A stretch of DNA of 64,000 nucleotides from an uncultured Phycisphaerales bacterium (lineage in GTDB: Bacteria; Planctomycetota; Phycisphaerae; Tepidisphaerales; Tepidisphaeraceae). Shown here in pieces: positions 1 to 8,500 of this stretch. The notes beneath the pieces are model-generated. The model made no database searches. It saw only the letters and a program-made list of their open reading frames with translations, and was not told the DNA's origin. The translations under genes were made by a program, and so were the position numbers. The stretch lies in assembly GCA_963844715.1 (NCBI GenBank), contig CAWJPJ010000007.1, positions 96,001-160,000 of the forward strand, given 5' to 3'. How positions within the stretch are numbered: the first letter of the stretch is position 1; each line of letters starts with the position of its first letter.

Positions 1-480
1 GGCCTCGACGGCGTCGGCGTAGTCGCGCAGAGCGGCCAGGACGCTCCCGAGATTGGTGTGGGCTTCGAAGTAATCGGGGCGGAGAATGATGGCGCGGCGG
101 AGGGCGGCGGCGGCTTCGTCAAAACGGCCGGCGGCGCACAGCGAATTGCCGAGATTGTTGAGGGCCTGGGGATATTCGGGGCGGAGCTGGAGGGCGCGGT
201 TGTAACAATCTATGGCGTCGTCGTGGCGCTTCATCGAGGCGAGGACGGCGCCTAGATTGAAATGGAAATCAGGGCGCTTGGGATCGAGATCGATGGCTCG
301 GCGGAGGGGGGCGAGGGCGGAAGAGGCGTCGCCGGACTTGAAGAGGGCCATGCCGAGGAGATGCTGGGCGTCGGCGTTTTGGGGCTGGTCGGAAGCGAGT
401 TTTCGCAGGATCGCCGCGGCCTGGGGAACGCGGCCGGTTTGCAGAAGTTGCAGGGCTTCCTGGAGGGAGGATTGGGTCAT
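1..480 (-). CDS. TPR-repeat protein, 5' part only (runs off window), 1-nt frameshift near 305
   Basis: Manual translation from ATG at 480: MTQSSLQEALQLLQTGRVPQAAAILRKLASDQPQNADAQHLLG, then after a G-run frameshift RRAIDLDPKRPDFHFNLG...PEYPQALNNLG. ATGA overlap with the upstream gene stop. Absent from the ORF track. Confidence 0.8.
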   Translation of the reverse strand, partial: MTQSSLQEALQLLQTGRVPQAAAILRKLASDQPQNADAQHLLGMALFKSGDASSALAPLRRAIDLDPKRPDFHFNLGAVLASMKRHDDAIDCYNRALQLRPEYPQALNNLGNSLCAAGRFDEAAAALRRAIILRPDYFEAHTNLGSVLAALRDYADAVEA

Positions 481-2111
481 GGTTTACCCTGGACGGCCAA
501 TTTCAATTGGGAGGCGACTTCGGCGACGACTCCTGGCCAATCTCCGCGCGATTGCTGGCGGAACAGACGCATGGTCGGATACCACGGAGTAGTGGGCGAA
601 TGCAACTGCCAGCGCCAGTCGGGGGCGGAGGAGATGAGCGTCCAAACCGGGCGGCCCATGGCGCCGGCGAGATGGGCCATGGCGGTGTCTACGGTGATAA
701 CCAAGTCGAGACTCTCCAAGGCGGCGGCGGTGTCGGCGAAATCTTTCAAATCGGCTGAAACATCGGTCATCCACGAGGGGGCAGCCTCGTCTTTTTGCAA
801 TGAGATCCAGCGAATCGCGCCTAAATCGGCAAGAGGCGCCAGTAGGCCGGAGGAAATGGAATGCACTGAATGGTCGGGGTGAAGCGGATTTTCGGACCAG
901 ACGACGCCGCATTTGAAATCTGGAATTCCGGAGAGCCGTTTCTTCCAAATGTCGGCGCGAGCGGGATCGGCGCGAAGATAAGGCGCGGCGGGCGCGTCTT
1001 TGCTGAGTAAATTCGGCAGGCTCATGAGGGGAGCATGAAGGTCATACTCCGGCGGCGCGGTATCGGATGCGATGATTTTCAAGTCGGAGGAATCCTGGAA
1101 CAGCTTTAGCAATTGGACGGGGACCTGGACGACGACGTTTCCTCCATGGGCGGCGACGAGGGGGACGTAGCGGAAGAATTGGATATTGTCGCCCCAACCT
1201 TGCTCGGCATAGAGAAGAATTCGCCGGCCGGCCAGCGGCGTTCCGTCCCAGGGGGAGCCATGACTGGGATGCGGGAACGTGAGGAATCGTTCGAGCTTCC
1301 AGCGCCATTCGTACTCTTTCCAGCCGGCTTCGAAATCTCCAGTGAGGAGGAGCGCGATGGCGAGATTGAAATGGGCGGGGGCGAAATCGGGATGGGATTT
1401 GATGACGAGGCGATACTGATCGATCGCCTCCTGGACTTTTCCTACGCCGACGAGCGCGGCGCCGAGATTGTTGCGTAATTTCGCGTCTTCGGGGCGTAAT
1501 TCGAGGGCGCGGGAAAGAAAGGGAATGGCCTCGTCAGTTTTTTTTGCCTTTCCGAGGGCGGTGCCGAGATTGAAAACGATCTCGGGGGAATCGGGCCGGA
1601 GGGAGAGGGCTTTGCGGAATTCCTCGACGGCGGCGTCCGCGTGCCCGGCGAGGAGAAGGGCGTCGCCGAGGTTGTTGCGAACCTCGGCGGATTGGGGGAG
1701 CAGATCGGCGACGCGTCGCCAGGCGGAGGCGGATTCGTCCAGTTTTCCGAGTTTTCGGGTTGCGCCGGCGAGATTCTGGTACGCCTCGGCGTACTGGGGA
1801 TCCAACTCGACGGCGCGGCGGAACTCTGCGGCGGCGTCTTCGAGCTTGGCGGCGGCTTGGAGGGCGAGGCCGAGGTTGGAATGGAATTCGGGAGCCTCGG
1901 GGTCGAGGGCGGCGGCGCGTTGCATCAGGTCGAGAGCCGATTCGATATGGCCCTGCTGGAGTTCCAATACGCCCAGAAAATGCACGGCGTCGGGGTGATC
2001 GGGGGATTGGGCGAGGACCTGGCGGTAAAGGGAAGCGGCCTCGGAAACGCGGCCGGCCTGATGGTGCTTTTGGGCCGTTTCAAGCATGGATTCAAGCGAA
2101 TCGGGCTGCAT
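477..2111 (-). CDS. TPR-repeat protein with C-terminal GT9-like (heptosyltransferase-like) glycosyltransferase domain
   Basis: Multiple TPRs followed by YEWRW, EQGWGDNIQF.RY, DLVITVDT..AHLAGA.G.P and WRW...PWYP motifs. Start could be 2111 or 2129. Confidence 0.85.
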   Translation of the reverse strand: MQPDSLESMLETAQKHHQAGRVSEAASLYRQVLAQSPDHPDAVHFLGVLELQQGHIESALDLMQRAAALDPEAPEFHSNLGLALQAAAKLEDAAAEFRRAVELDPQYAEAYQNLAGATRKLGKLDESASAWRRVADLLPQSAEVRNNLGDALLLAGHADAAVEEFRKALSLRPDSPEIVFNLGTALGKAKKTDEAIPFLSRALELRPEDAKLRNNLGAALVGVGKVQEAIDQYRLVIKSHPDFAPAHFNLAIALLLTGDFEAGWKEYEWRWKLERFLTFPHPSHGSPWDGTPLAGRRILLYAEQGWGDNIQFFRYVPLVAAHGGNVVVQVPVQLLKLFQDSSDLKIIASDTAPPEYDLHAPLMSLPNLLSKDAPAAPYLRADPARADIWKKRLSGIPDFKCGVVWSENPLHPDHSVHSISSGLLAPLADLGAIRWISLQKDEAAPSWMTDVSADLKDFADTAAALESLDLVITVDTAMAHLAGAMGRPVWTLISSAPDWRWQLHSPTTPWYPTMRLFRQQSRGDWPGVVAEVASQLKLAVQGKP

Positions 2112-2156
2112 CAATGGGTAGTATGGCACATTCGCGGCTTTTTTCCCGTGTTTGTT

Positions 2157-2268
2157 CCCTCTCCCCGTTCTCCGCTGGTTTCCGAAGGATGGGTGACGGA
2201 CGATTCGCGAAGAAAGAAAAAAGAACCCTCACCCATCCTTCGGAAACCAGCGGAGGACATGGAGAGGG
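2157..2268. repeat. 40-bp inverted repeat (REP/MITE-like hairpin)
   Basis: Arms 2157-2196 and 2229-2268 match at 37/40, with a perfect 27-bp core (2170-2196 / 2229-2255) and a 32-nt A-rich spacer. Confidence 0.85.
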
Positions 2269-2352
2269 GGTGCAAGGCGAAACCAATGCGCGAATTTTTT
2301 TGACTCCTGTTTTTTGCGAACGGGACCTACAATGCCGGATCAGGAGAAACTC

Positions 2353-3411
2353 ATGTCGCTTAAATCATTGATCGCCACGGGTACGAAACTTTGGTTGGAT
2401 TCGATCGAGCCGGAACTGGTGCGCAAGAATCGGGCGCTGGGGGCGTCGGGGGCGACCAGCAACCCGATCATTATCTCCGGCATCCTCGAGGGCGGCGGGC
2501 AGGATGAGAAAATGATGAGCCTGATCGAACAGGGGCATGACGACACGACGATCGCCTGGGAGATGACGGACCTGCTGGTGAAAGAGGCGCAGGAGGTTTT
2601 CCGGCCGGTGTGGGACCAGACGCGCGGGAATAACGGATATGTGAGCTTTGAACTCGATCCGCTTCTGGAAGATTTGGAGCTGGCGCCCAAGTCGATCGCG
2701 GAGCGGTCGAAGAAATATGTTGAGCTGGGGAAAAAATGGTCGGCTGGACATAAGAACCGGATGATCAAGGTTCCGGCGACGGCCGGGGGGCTGGGGGCGC
2801 TGGAGGAGTTGGCGGCGGCGGGAGTCACGTTGAACGTCACGCTGATCTTCTCGGAGCGGCAATATAAGATCGCGCGGGATTCCATTTGGCGCAGGGCGCA
2901 GCGCCGCGCGGCGGGGTTGGATCAGTTCAAGAGCGTGTACAGCATTTTCGTGAGCCGGGTGGACGTTTATACGGAGAAGTTCGTGCCGGGTCTTTCGCCG
3001 GCGGCGCAGGGATTGGTGGGGATTGTGAACGCGAAGCGATTGTGGCAACTCAATCAGCAGTTTTGGAAGGACAAGGGATTGAGATTGCAGCAGGAGATTA
3101 TTTTTGCCAGCACGGGGACGAAGAAGGCGAGCGATCCGCCGGATAAATATGTGGAAGCGCTGGCGGGGAGCGACATTCAGACGAATCCGCCGGCGACAAA
3201 CGACGCGGTGGAGAAGCTGAATAAGAATTACACGCGGCAGGTGGACAAGATGCCGGCTCAGGCGATCCTCGACGAGATCGACGCGAAAGTGGATCAGCAG
3301 AAGATGGAAGATCAGTTGATGAAAGAAGGAGCGGCGAAGTTTGCTGATCCGCATAAAGCGTTGTTGAAGTTGATTGGGGAAAAGAGGGGACATCTTACTG
3401 CGGCGAAGTAA
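2353..3411 (+). CDS. tal: Transaldolase
   Basis: [42 protein letters not shown] and FASTGTK motifs. AGGAG RBS before 2353. Confidence 0.92.
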   Translation: MSLKSLIATGTKLWLDSIEPELVRKNRALGASGATSNPIIISGILEGGGQDEKMMSLIEQGHDDTTIAWEMTDLLVKEAQEVFRPVWDQTRGNNGYVSFELDPLLEDLELAPKSIAERSKKYVELGKKWSAGHKNRMIKVPATAGGLGALEELAAAGVTLNVTLIFSERQYKIARDSIWRRAQRRAAGLDQFKSVYSIFVSRVDVYTEKFVPGLSPAAQGLVGIVNAKRLWQLNQQFWKDKGLRLQQEIIFASTGTKKASDPPDKYVEALAGSDIQTNPPATNDAVEKLNKNYTRQVDKMPAQAILDEIDAKVDQQKMEDQLMKEGAAKFADPHKALLKLIGEKRGHLTAAK

Positions 3412-3547
3412 ACCAGAAACCCGAAACCAGAATGACGAATCAAATCCGAATGACCGAATGACCAAATTGGGAGCGATGCGTTTGGGTCATTCGTCATTTG
3501 GGCTTTCGGGTTTGATTCTGGTTTCTGGTTTCGTCATTCGGATTTGG
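3412..3547. repeat. Imperfect palindrome built of heptamer units (AAACCAG/AATGACG/AAATCCG/AATGACC)
   Basis: Left arm of tandem heptamers, short spacer, right arm of their reverse complements, between convergent genes. Confidence 0.8.
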
Positions 3548-4913
3548 CTCGCTGCCAGCTTTTTCGGCAATCCTCGGTGCTAATTTTGGGGAATTGCTTA
3601 CCACTTGTCGGCACGAGCGTTGGGGCATTCAGCTTTGGCAGGCAGTCGCCGTGGGCGGCTATGAGTTCGTCGCAGAGTTCTACGATTTTATCGAGCGTTA
3701 GGGTGGCGGCGGTGAGGGGGTCGAACATGACGGCTTGATAGACGTCGTCGCGGCGATTCTCGGCGGCGGCGCGGAGGAAGAGTTCGTGCTGGGTGACGTG
3801 GGGTTGGATGTAGCCGATGAGCTGCGGGGGGAGGGGGCCTACGGGGGAGAGGCGGGGGCCTTGGGAATCGACGGGGGTGGGGGCTTCGGCGATGGAGTCG
3901 GGCGGGAGATTGGCGATGGTGCCGCGGTTGGGCATGTTGCCGTAGACGAGGGAGGGGCGGGCGGTGACCATGGAATCGATAATCGTTGCGCCGTATTCGC
4001 CGCTGCGGTAAATGGAGACGGGCTGGTCGGACTGGGCGCACTGCTTGAGTTTTTGGAATTCGGCGATGTTGCTCTCACAACGGCGGAGATATTCGTCGAT
4101 TGGAATTGCGTATTGCCGGATGACGTCGGGGCCGTGGGGGATGAACCAGGGGTTGTACTCGGCGTTGTGCTCGGAGCTTTCGGTGACGTAATAGCCGAGG
4201 CGTTTCATGAGTTCGAAGCGGACGGGGTTGGATTTGAATATATCGAATCGCTCCATGGCGGCGAAGAGGCGCGGGTAGAGATCTTCGCGGGATTTTTGGA
4301 GCTTGAGATAGAAGGCCATGTGATTGATGCCGGCGCAGAGGAAATCGCATTTTTCGGGGTCTTCGCCGAGGTATTCCATGAGCTGGTTGAAGGTGTTCTG
4401 GACGCTATGGCAGAGGCCGACGGCGCGGGATTGGCCGGCGTGGGCGATCGTGCGCATGTTCATGCTGAGGGGATTGGAATAATTGAGCAGCCAGGCGTTG
4501 GGGCAAATTTCCTGCATGTCATGGCAGAGTTTCTGGAGCATGGGGAAGGTTCGCAGGGCGCGGAAGATTCCGCCGGGGCCGGTGGTATCGGCGATGGTGA
4601 AACGGAGCCCGTATTTTCGGCAGATTTCGAAGTCGATGAGGGTGGAATCGAACCCGCCGATCTGGCTCATGTTGATGACGAAGTCCGCGCCGGCCAGGGC
4701 CTGGCGCAGATCGAGCGTGGATTCGATTTTGGGGTCGGCCTTAAGAGCGGCGGCGACTTTGCGGCAGATGGCGGTTCCCACGGCGAGGCGCTCGGGATCG
4801 ACATCCATATAGCAGAGCGTGGCGTCGCGCAGGGCGGGGCAGGCGAGGATGTCGCCGGTGAGATTCTTGGAGAAGACGACGCTGCCGGCGCCGACCATGA
4901 CGATTTTAACCAA
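3534..4913 (-). CDS. melA: GH4 NAD-dependent alpha-galactosidase (MelA-like)
   Basis: KIVMVGAGSVVF, ADFVIN..QIGG, DT.GPGG.FRALRT, NYSNP, GLCHSVQ, GINHM, TESSEH. TTG start at 4913 with GGAGG RBS. Confidence 0.88.
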   Translation of the reverse strand: MVKIVMVGAGSVVFSKNLTGDILACPALRDATLCYMDVDPERLAVGTAICRKVAAALKADPKIESTLDLRQALAGADFVINMSQIGGFDSTLIDFEICRKYGLRFTIADTTGPGGIFRALRTFPMLQKLCHDMQEICPNAWLLNYSNPLSMNMRTIAHAGQSRAVGLCHSVQNTFNQLMEYLGEDPEKCDFLCAGINHMAFYLKLQKSREDLYPRLFAAMERFDIFKSNPVRFELMKRLGYYVTESSEHNAEYNPWFIPHGPDVIRQYAIPIDEYLRRCESNIAEFQKLKQCAQSDQPVSIYRSGEYGATIIDSMVTARPSLVYGNMPNRGTIANLPPDSIAEAPTPVDSQGPRLSPVGPLPPQLIGYIQPHVTQHELFLRAAAENRRDDVYQAVMFDPLTAATLTLDKIVELCDELIAAHGDCLPKLNAPTLVPTSGKQFPKISTEDCRKSWQRAKSE

Positions 4914-4967
4914 GCCGATCCTCCGTTGACCGACGTGTATTAGGGTATCGTGGGGCGGGGCGGATGC

Positions 4968-5003
4968 AAAAAAGAAAGCCGGGGGATGAGAATCCCTCGG
5001 CTT
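4968..5003 (-). terminator. Intrinsic terminator downstream of the Tad-adhesin array
   Basis: Minus strand AAGCCGAGGGAT-loop-ATCCCCCGGCTT followed by TCTTTTTT. Confidence 0.8.
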
Positions 5004-5025
5004 ATTTGTCGGGTCCGACGGGGGA

Positions 5026-6689
5026 TTATTGAACCAGGTCGACCTGGAACACGTTGATGGTGATGCCGGTGAAGGCGCCGGTGTTGTTGGCCCATTCCTG
5101 GCCGTCCATGGTACCCAGGTAGAAGCGGCCGGCATTGGCCGGAACTACGATGCTCTGCTGCGCGCCACGGACACCGTTGTTGGTCTGGCCGCTGCCGGTG
5201 TAGAAGACTTGCTGAACGGACGGTCCAATCTGGTCATAGTTGCGGGCGGTCTCGTTAGTGAAGTCATATCCGGGGGGCGCCTTGGTTCCCAACGGTTGCG
5301 GAGCGGTGTTCCCGTCCGTCGGCACCGGCGGCAGAAATACGCCCATCATCGAATTGAGCGGGGCCGCGACGTTAGACAGGTTATTCTCGCTGCCTTGAAT
5401 CACATCGTCATCGCCGGAACTCGTCAAAAGATTCGTCGTCTCGGCTGAAGACTTATTTCCGATGCTGTCTTTCGTCGCATCCCAGGTGTTGTTTGCCTGC
5501 GGATCGTTATTGTAGGCCGCGTATTGTTGCATCGCGCCGGCGTCATTAGTGGGAATGGCGCCGACGTCCTCGTATATTTCGGAAGTGGTGGGGGCGTTGC
5601 CATCGACATAACCGTTGGCATCGGTTGTTACGGGGTTATTTGAGTTGACGACCTCATTAAGAGTCGAGCCGGAGGTTGGCAGAGGGGCGCTAATCTGAAT
5701 TACTTCGCCCGCCTGAAGCGGGATGTCCGCTCCGGAGCCGGTCTCCACCTCCAAGGGCGATTCGGACGTATCGGGAAGACTCGTTAGCGGATTAATCGTA
5801 GTGTACGTGGGATCGCCTTTCGCATTGTTCGGACCTGTAATGTTCCCTCCCACGGGGCCGGCCATGTCGTATTCAAGGGGGTGGGCTATCGCGTCGGCTT
5901 CGCTTGCGTCGTCTTGATAAATTTCGTCTGTTTCGACTGGTAGTTTGTTGACGGTTGTCTGTTGCAGTTTATCGTCTTGATTGAAGTCCTCGGTCGGCAA
6001 CTCAGGAGCGCTTGCGTAGGTTCCCTTCTGGGGGTCAGTGGGGTCAAATGGCGGCGCTCCAGCGAGGTAAGGATTGTATCTGCCCATGACTGTCTGGGGG
6101 GCAACCCCGTTGTTGGAATTATTGTTCGGGCCGTCATTTGGATTGCCATCGGTCAGGTTGGCGACGGCGGCAATGGACGAGCAATAGACGTCGTCGGTAC
6201 TGATTCCGAGAACCGCGGTGAACAAAAGGGGAATCGGATCACTGTTGGGAGTGATTCGGCGCGCCAAACCTGCACGGCGTTCGTCGGTGAACCACCGGCG
6301 ACGAATGTTTGCGTTTGAAAGTTCCAATTGCCGATCTGGAGGTCGCCGCTATTGGTGCTGACGTCGTCGACGTTGAACTTGGTGCTGTCCATGACCTGGC
6401 CGTCCACCGTCGAATTATTCATCACAGCGACGACGGCGCTCACGGCGTCGGTGGTGTCGGTGAAGCCGCCAGTATTGGTCCAACCGCCGCCATCGAGGAG
6501 CGCCGAGGCGCCGGCCCTGGCGGCGGAATCGGCGGCGCGGCGGAGTTCGGACTTGGCGGCCTGTACGCGCCCCATGTCCACGGCCAAACCCATCAGCGCC
6601 ACCAGAACAACCATGCAGACGCTCAGGTAGACGATAACCATCCCGCCCCGGCGGCGCGCACGGTGACTTAATTTGTTGCGACGTGTCAT
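5026..6689 (-). CDS. TadG-like pseudopilin/adhesin A with LecA-like C-terminal domain (frameshift near 6265)
   Basis: RRRGG|MVIVY prepilin-like leader, LAVDMGR...ELRRAADSAARAGA Tad motif. C-terminus FYLGTMDGQEWANNTGAF. Joins ORFs 6153..6704 and 5026..6327. Confidence 0.8.
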
Positions 6690-6828
6690 AAGTGCATACC
6701 CCATCCGAACGGGGAGTATGCACTGCGACTGGCTTACGGTTTAGAAAATTGCGCAGTTTTTGCAGGCTCGGACCGATTGAGTCCGAGAATTTGGGCAGGA
6801 TATATGGGACGTAGGGGAAAAAGGCGGG

Positions 6829-6904
6829 TAGTTGCCAGTTGTTAGTCGCCAGCTGCCGGTGGAGAGAGGGTCTTCGCCGGCAACCGGCAACTCGCAACCG
6901 GCAG
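6829..6904. repeat. Second heptamer-unit palindrome (GTTGCCA-type / CGGCAAC-type)
   Basis: GTTGCCA-GTTGTTA-GTCGCCA-GCTGCCG, spacer, CGGCAAC-CGGCAAC-TCGCAAC-CGGCAG, immediately after the adhesin B stop. Confidence 0.7.
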
Positions 6905-6913
6905 ATGGTTTTC

Positions 6914-8281
6914 TTACTGCACGGTCACGATCTGAAATTGGGTGATGGTGACGTTGAAACCGCCGATGTTGTTGCTCCATTCGTGGCCGTCCATGGTGCC
7001 GAGATAGAGCTGGGTGGCTCCGGAGGGGACGACGATGGTCTGCTGCGCCGAGGTGCTGGTTTGGCCGGTGCCGACGTAGAAGGTTTGGAAGTCCTGGGGC
7101 TGGATGGAGGTATAGTCGCGCTCGGACTGGGTACTGAAATCGAGTCCGGGCGGAACGGTGGTATTGGCGGTGTAGGTTGCGCTGGAGGCGCTGTACGTGT
7201 CGTTGGCCGCGCCGTTCTGGAAGACGCCGACGAGGGAATTGATCGGCGTGTTGATGTTCGACATGCCGTGCTCTTCGCCCTGCGCGTCGGAGGCGGAGCT
7301 GGAATTACCGGCGCCGACGTCGTTGGGTCCGCTGTATCCCGGGGGCGGAGAATAACTATTGGGGTTCGAGTTGGCGCCATAATAGGCGGCGGCGTCGTTG
7401 GCGTAGGAGTTGTAGCTGGGACCGCCGTTGGCGTAGGTATTGGTGGTACCGCCGTCCAGATATCCCTCATTGTTCGATTCATCGCTGGAATCGGTGGGAA
7501 CGGAAATCTGAATGATCGAGTCGGGAGCGACCGTCAGGCTGTAGAGGGACGGAGACGCCCAGGGCTCGTTGTTGGTATCGTCGGTTGATTCGACTTTGCT
7601 GGAGTCGGCATTGACGCTGCTGGAAGTATCGGCGGGGCTGCCATTGGTGGCGCTGGGATTGGCGACGTCGTACTCCCAGGGGTGGGTGGTGTTTTTGTTG
7701 GGGTTGTCGTAGGCGGGATCGGGCACGCTGGCCAGAGTTCCCTTGGGTTCACCGGCGAGCCAGGGATTGGCGTGCGCGGAGACATACATGGTCACAGGCG
7801 CCTGGACGGTGACGAGGGCCGCGGTTGAGGAAGCCCAGACGTCGACGGTGGTGACGCCAATGAGTCTTCCGAAGAGGGTTGAGATTGGGTTGCCGTTGGC
7901 GGTGGTGCGGCGAGCGTAGACACAGACGGCGTTGTTGGGGGTGCCGCCGTTGGTGAAAGTCGCCGTGGTGCTGTTCCAGTTTCCGATCTGGATGTCGGTG
8001 GAGGCGTTGAGCGTGATGGTGGCGCCATCGACGGTATTTTGCGCCGCGATATTGATGGCGGCGTTCTGGGCGGCGGTGGTGCCGCTGCCGAGATTGGCGA
8101 CGGCGGCGCGGGCGGCGGCGTCGGCGACGCGATGGAGTTCGGTCTTGACGGTCTGGGCGCGGGCCATGTCGACGGCCAGGCCAAGCATCGCGATGAGCGC
8201 GGTCATGGTGAGCAGCACGTAGACGTAGACGGCGCCGCGGCGGCCGGTAAACCGGGATGATTTGATTTTCAGTGTGTTCAT
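6914..8281 (-). CDS. TadG-like pseudopilin/adhesin B with LecA-like C-terminal domain (intact)
   Basis: RRG|AVYVY leader, LAVDMAR...ELHRVADAAARAA. C-terminus LYLGTMDGHEWSNNIGGFNVTI. GGGGAG RBS before 8281. Confidence 0.85.
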   Translation of the reverse strand: MNTLKIKSSRFTGRRGAVYVYVLLTMTALIAMLGLAVDMARAQTVKTELHRVADAAARAAVANLGSGTTAAQNAAINIAAQNTVDGATITLNASTDIQIGNWNSTTATFTNGGTPNNAVCVYARRTTANGNPISTLFGRLIGVTTVDVWASSTAALVTVQAPVTMYVSAHANPWLAGEPKGTLASVPDPAYDNPNKNTTHPWEYDVANPSATNGSPADTSSSVNADSSKVESTDDTNNEPWASPSLYSLTVAPDSIIQISVPTDSSDESNNEGYLDGGTTNTYANGGPSYNSYANDAAAYYGANSNPNSYSPPPGYSGPNDVGAGNSSSASDAQGEEHGMSNINTPINSLVGVFQNGAANDTYSASSATYTANTTVPPGLDFSTQSERDYTSIQPQDFQTFYVGTGQTSTSAQQTIVVPSGATQLYLGTMDGHEWSNNIGGFNVTITQFQIVTVQ

Positions 8282-8299
8282 GAATTCTCCCCGGCAGTG

Positions 8300-8325
8300 A
8301 TCGGAATTACGAGGCCGCCGCTTGA
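8300..8325 (-). promoter_or_regulatory. Sigma28/SigD-like promoter of adhesin B
   Basis: TCAAG-N15-TCCGAT, 18 nt upstream of the ATG. Confidence 0.5.
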
Positions 8326-8500
8326 TCAGAATTTGGTCACGCATGGGTTACCATCCTCAGCGCGAGGAATATTATTGGACCGACCGCCGGCCTCGGCGCG
8401 ATCTGTAGCCGCGCTGACGATCAGATACGATTAAAAATTTGCGAAGTCCAATGGATCAAATTTCGCGCGAAAATCGGGTTTTTCTGACGGTTCGTCCGCG

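Noticed and set aside
3412..3547. Possible CRISPR array
   Set aside because: Units are degenerate 7-mers without unique spacers, and there are no cas genes.
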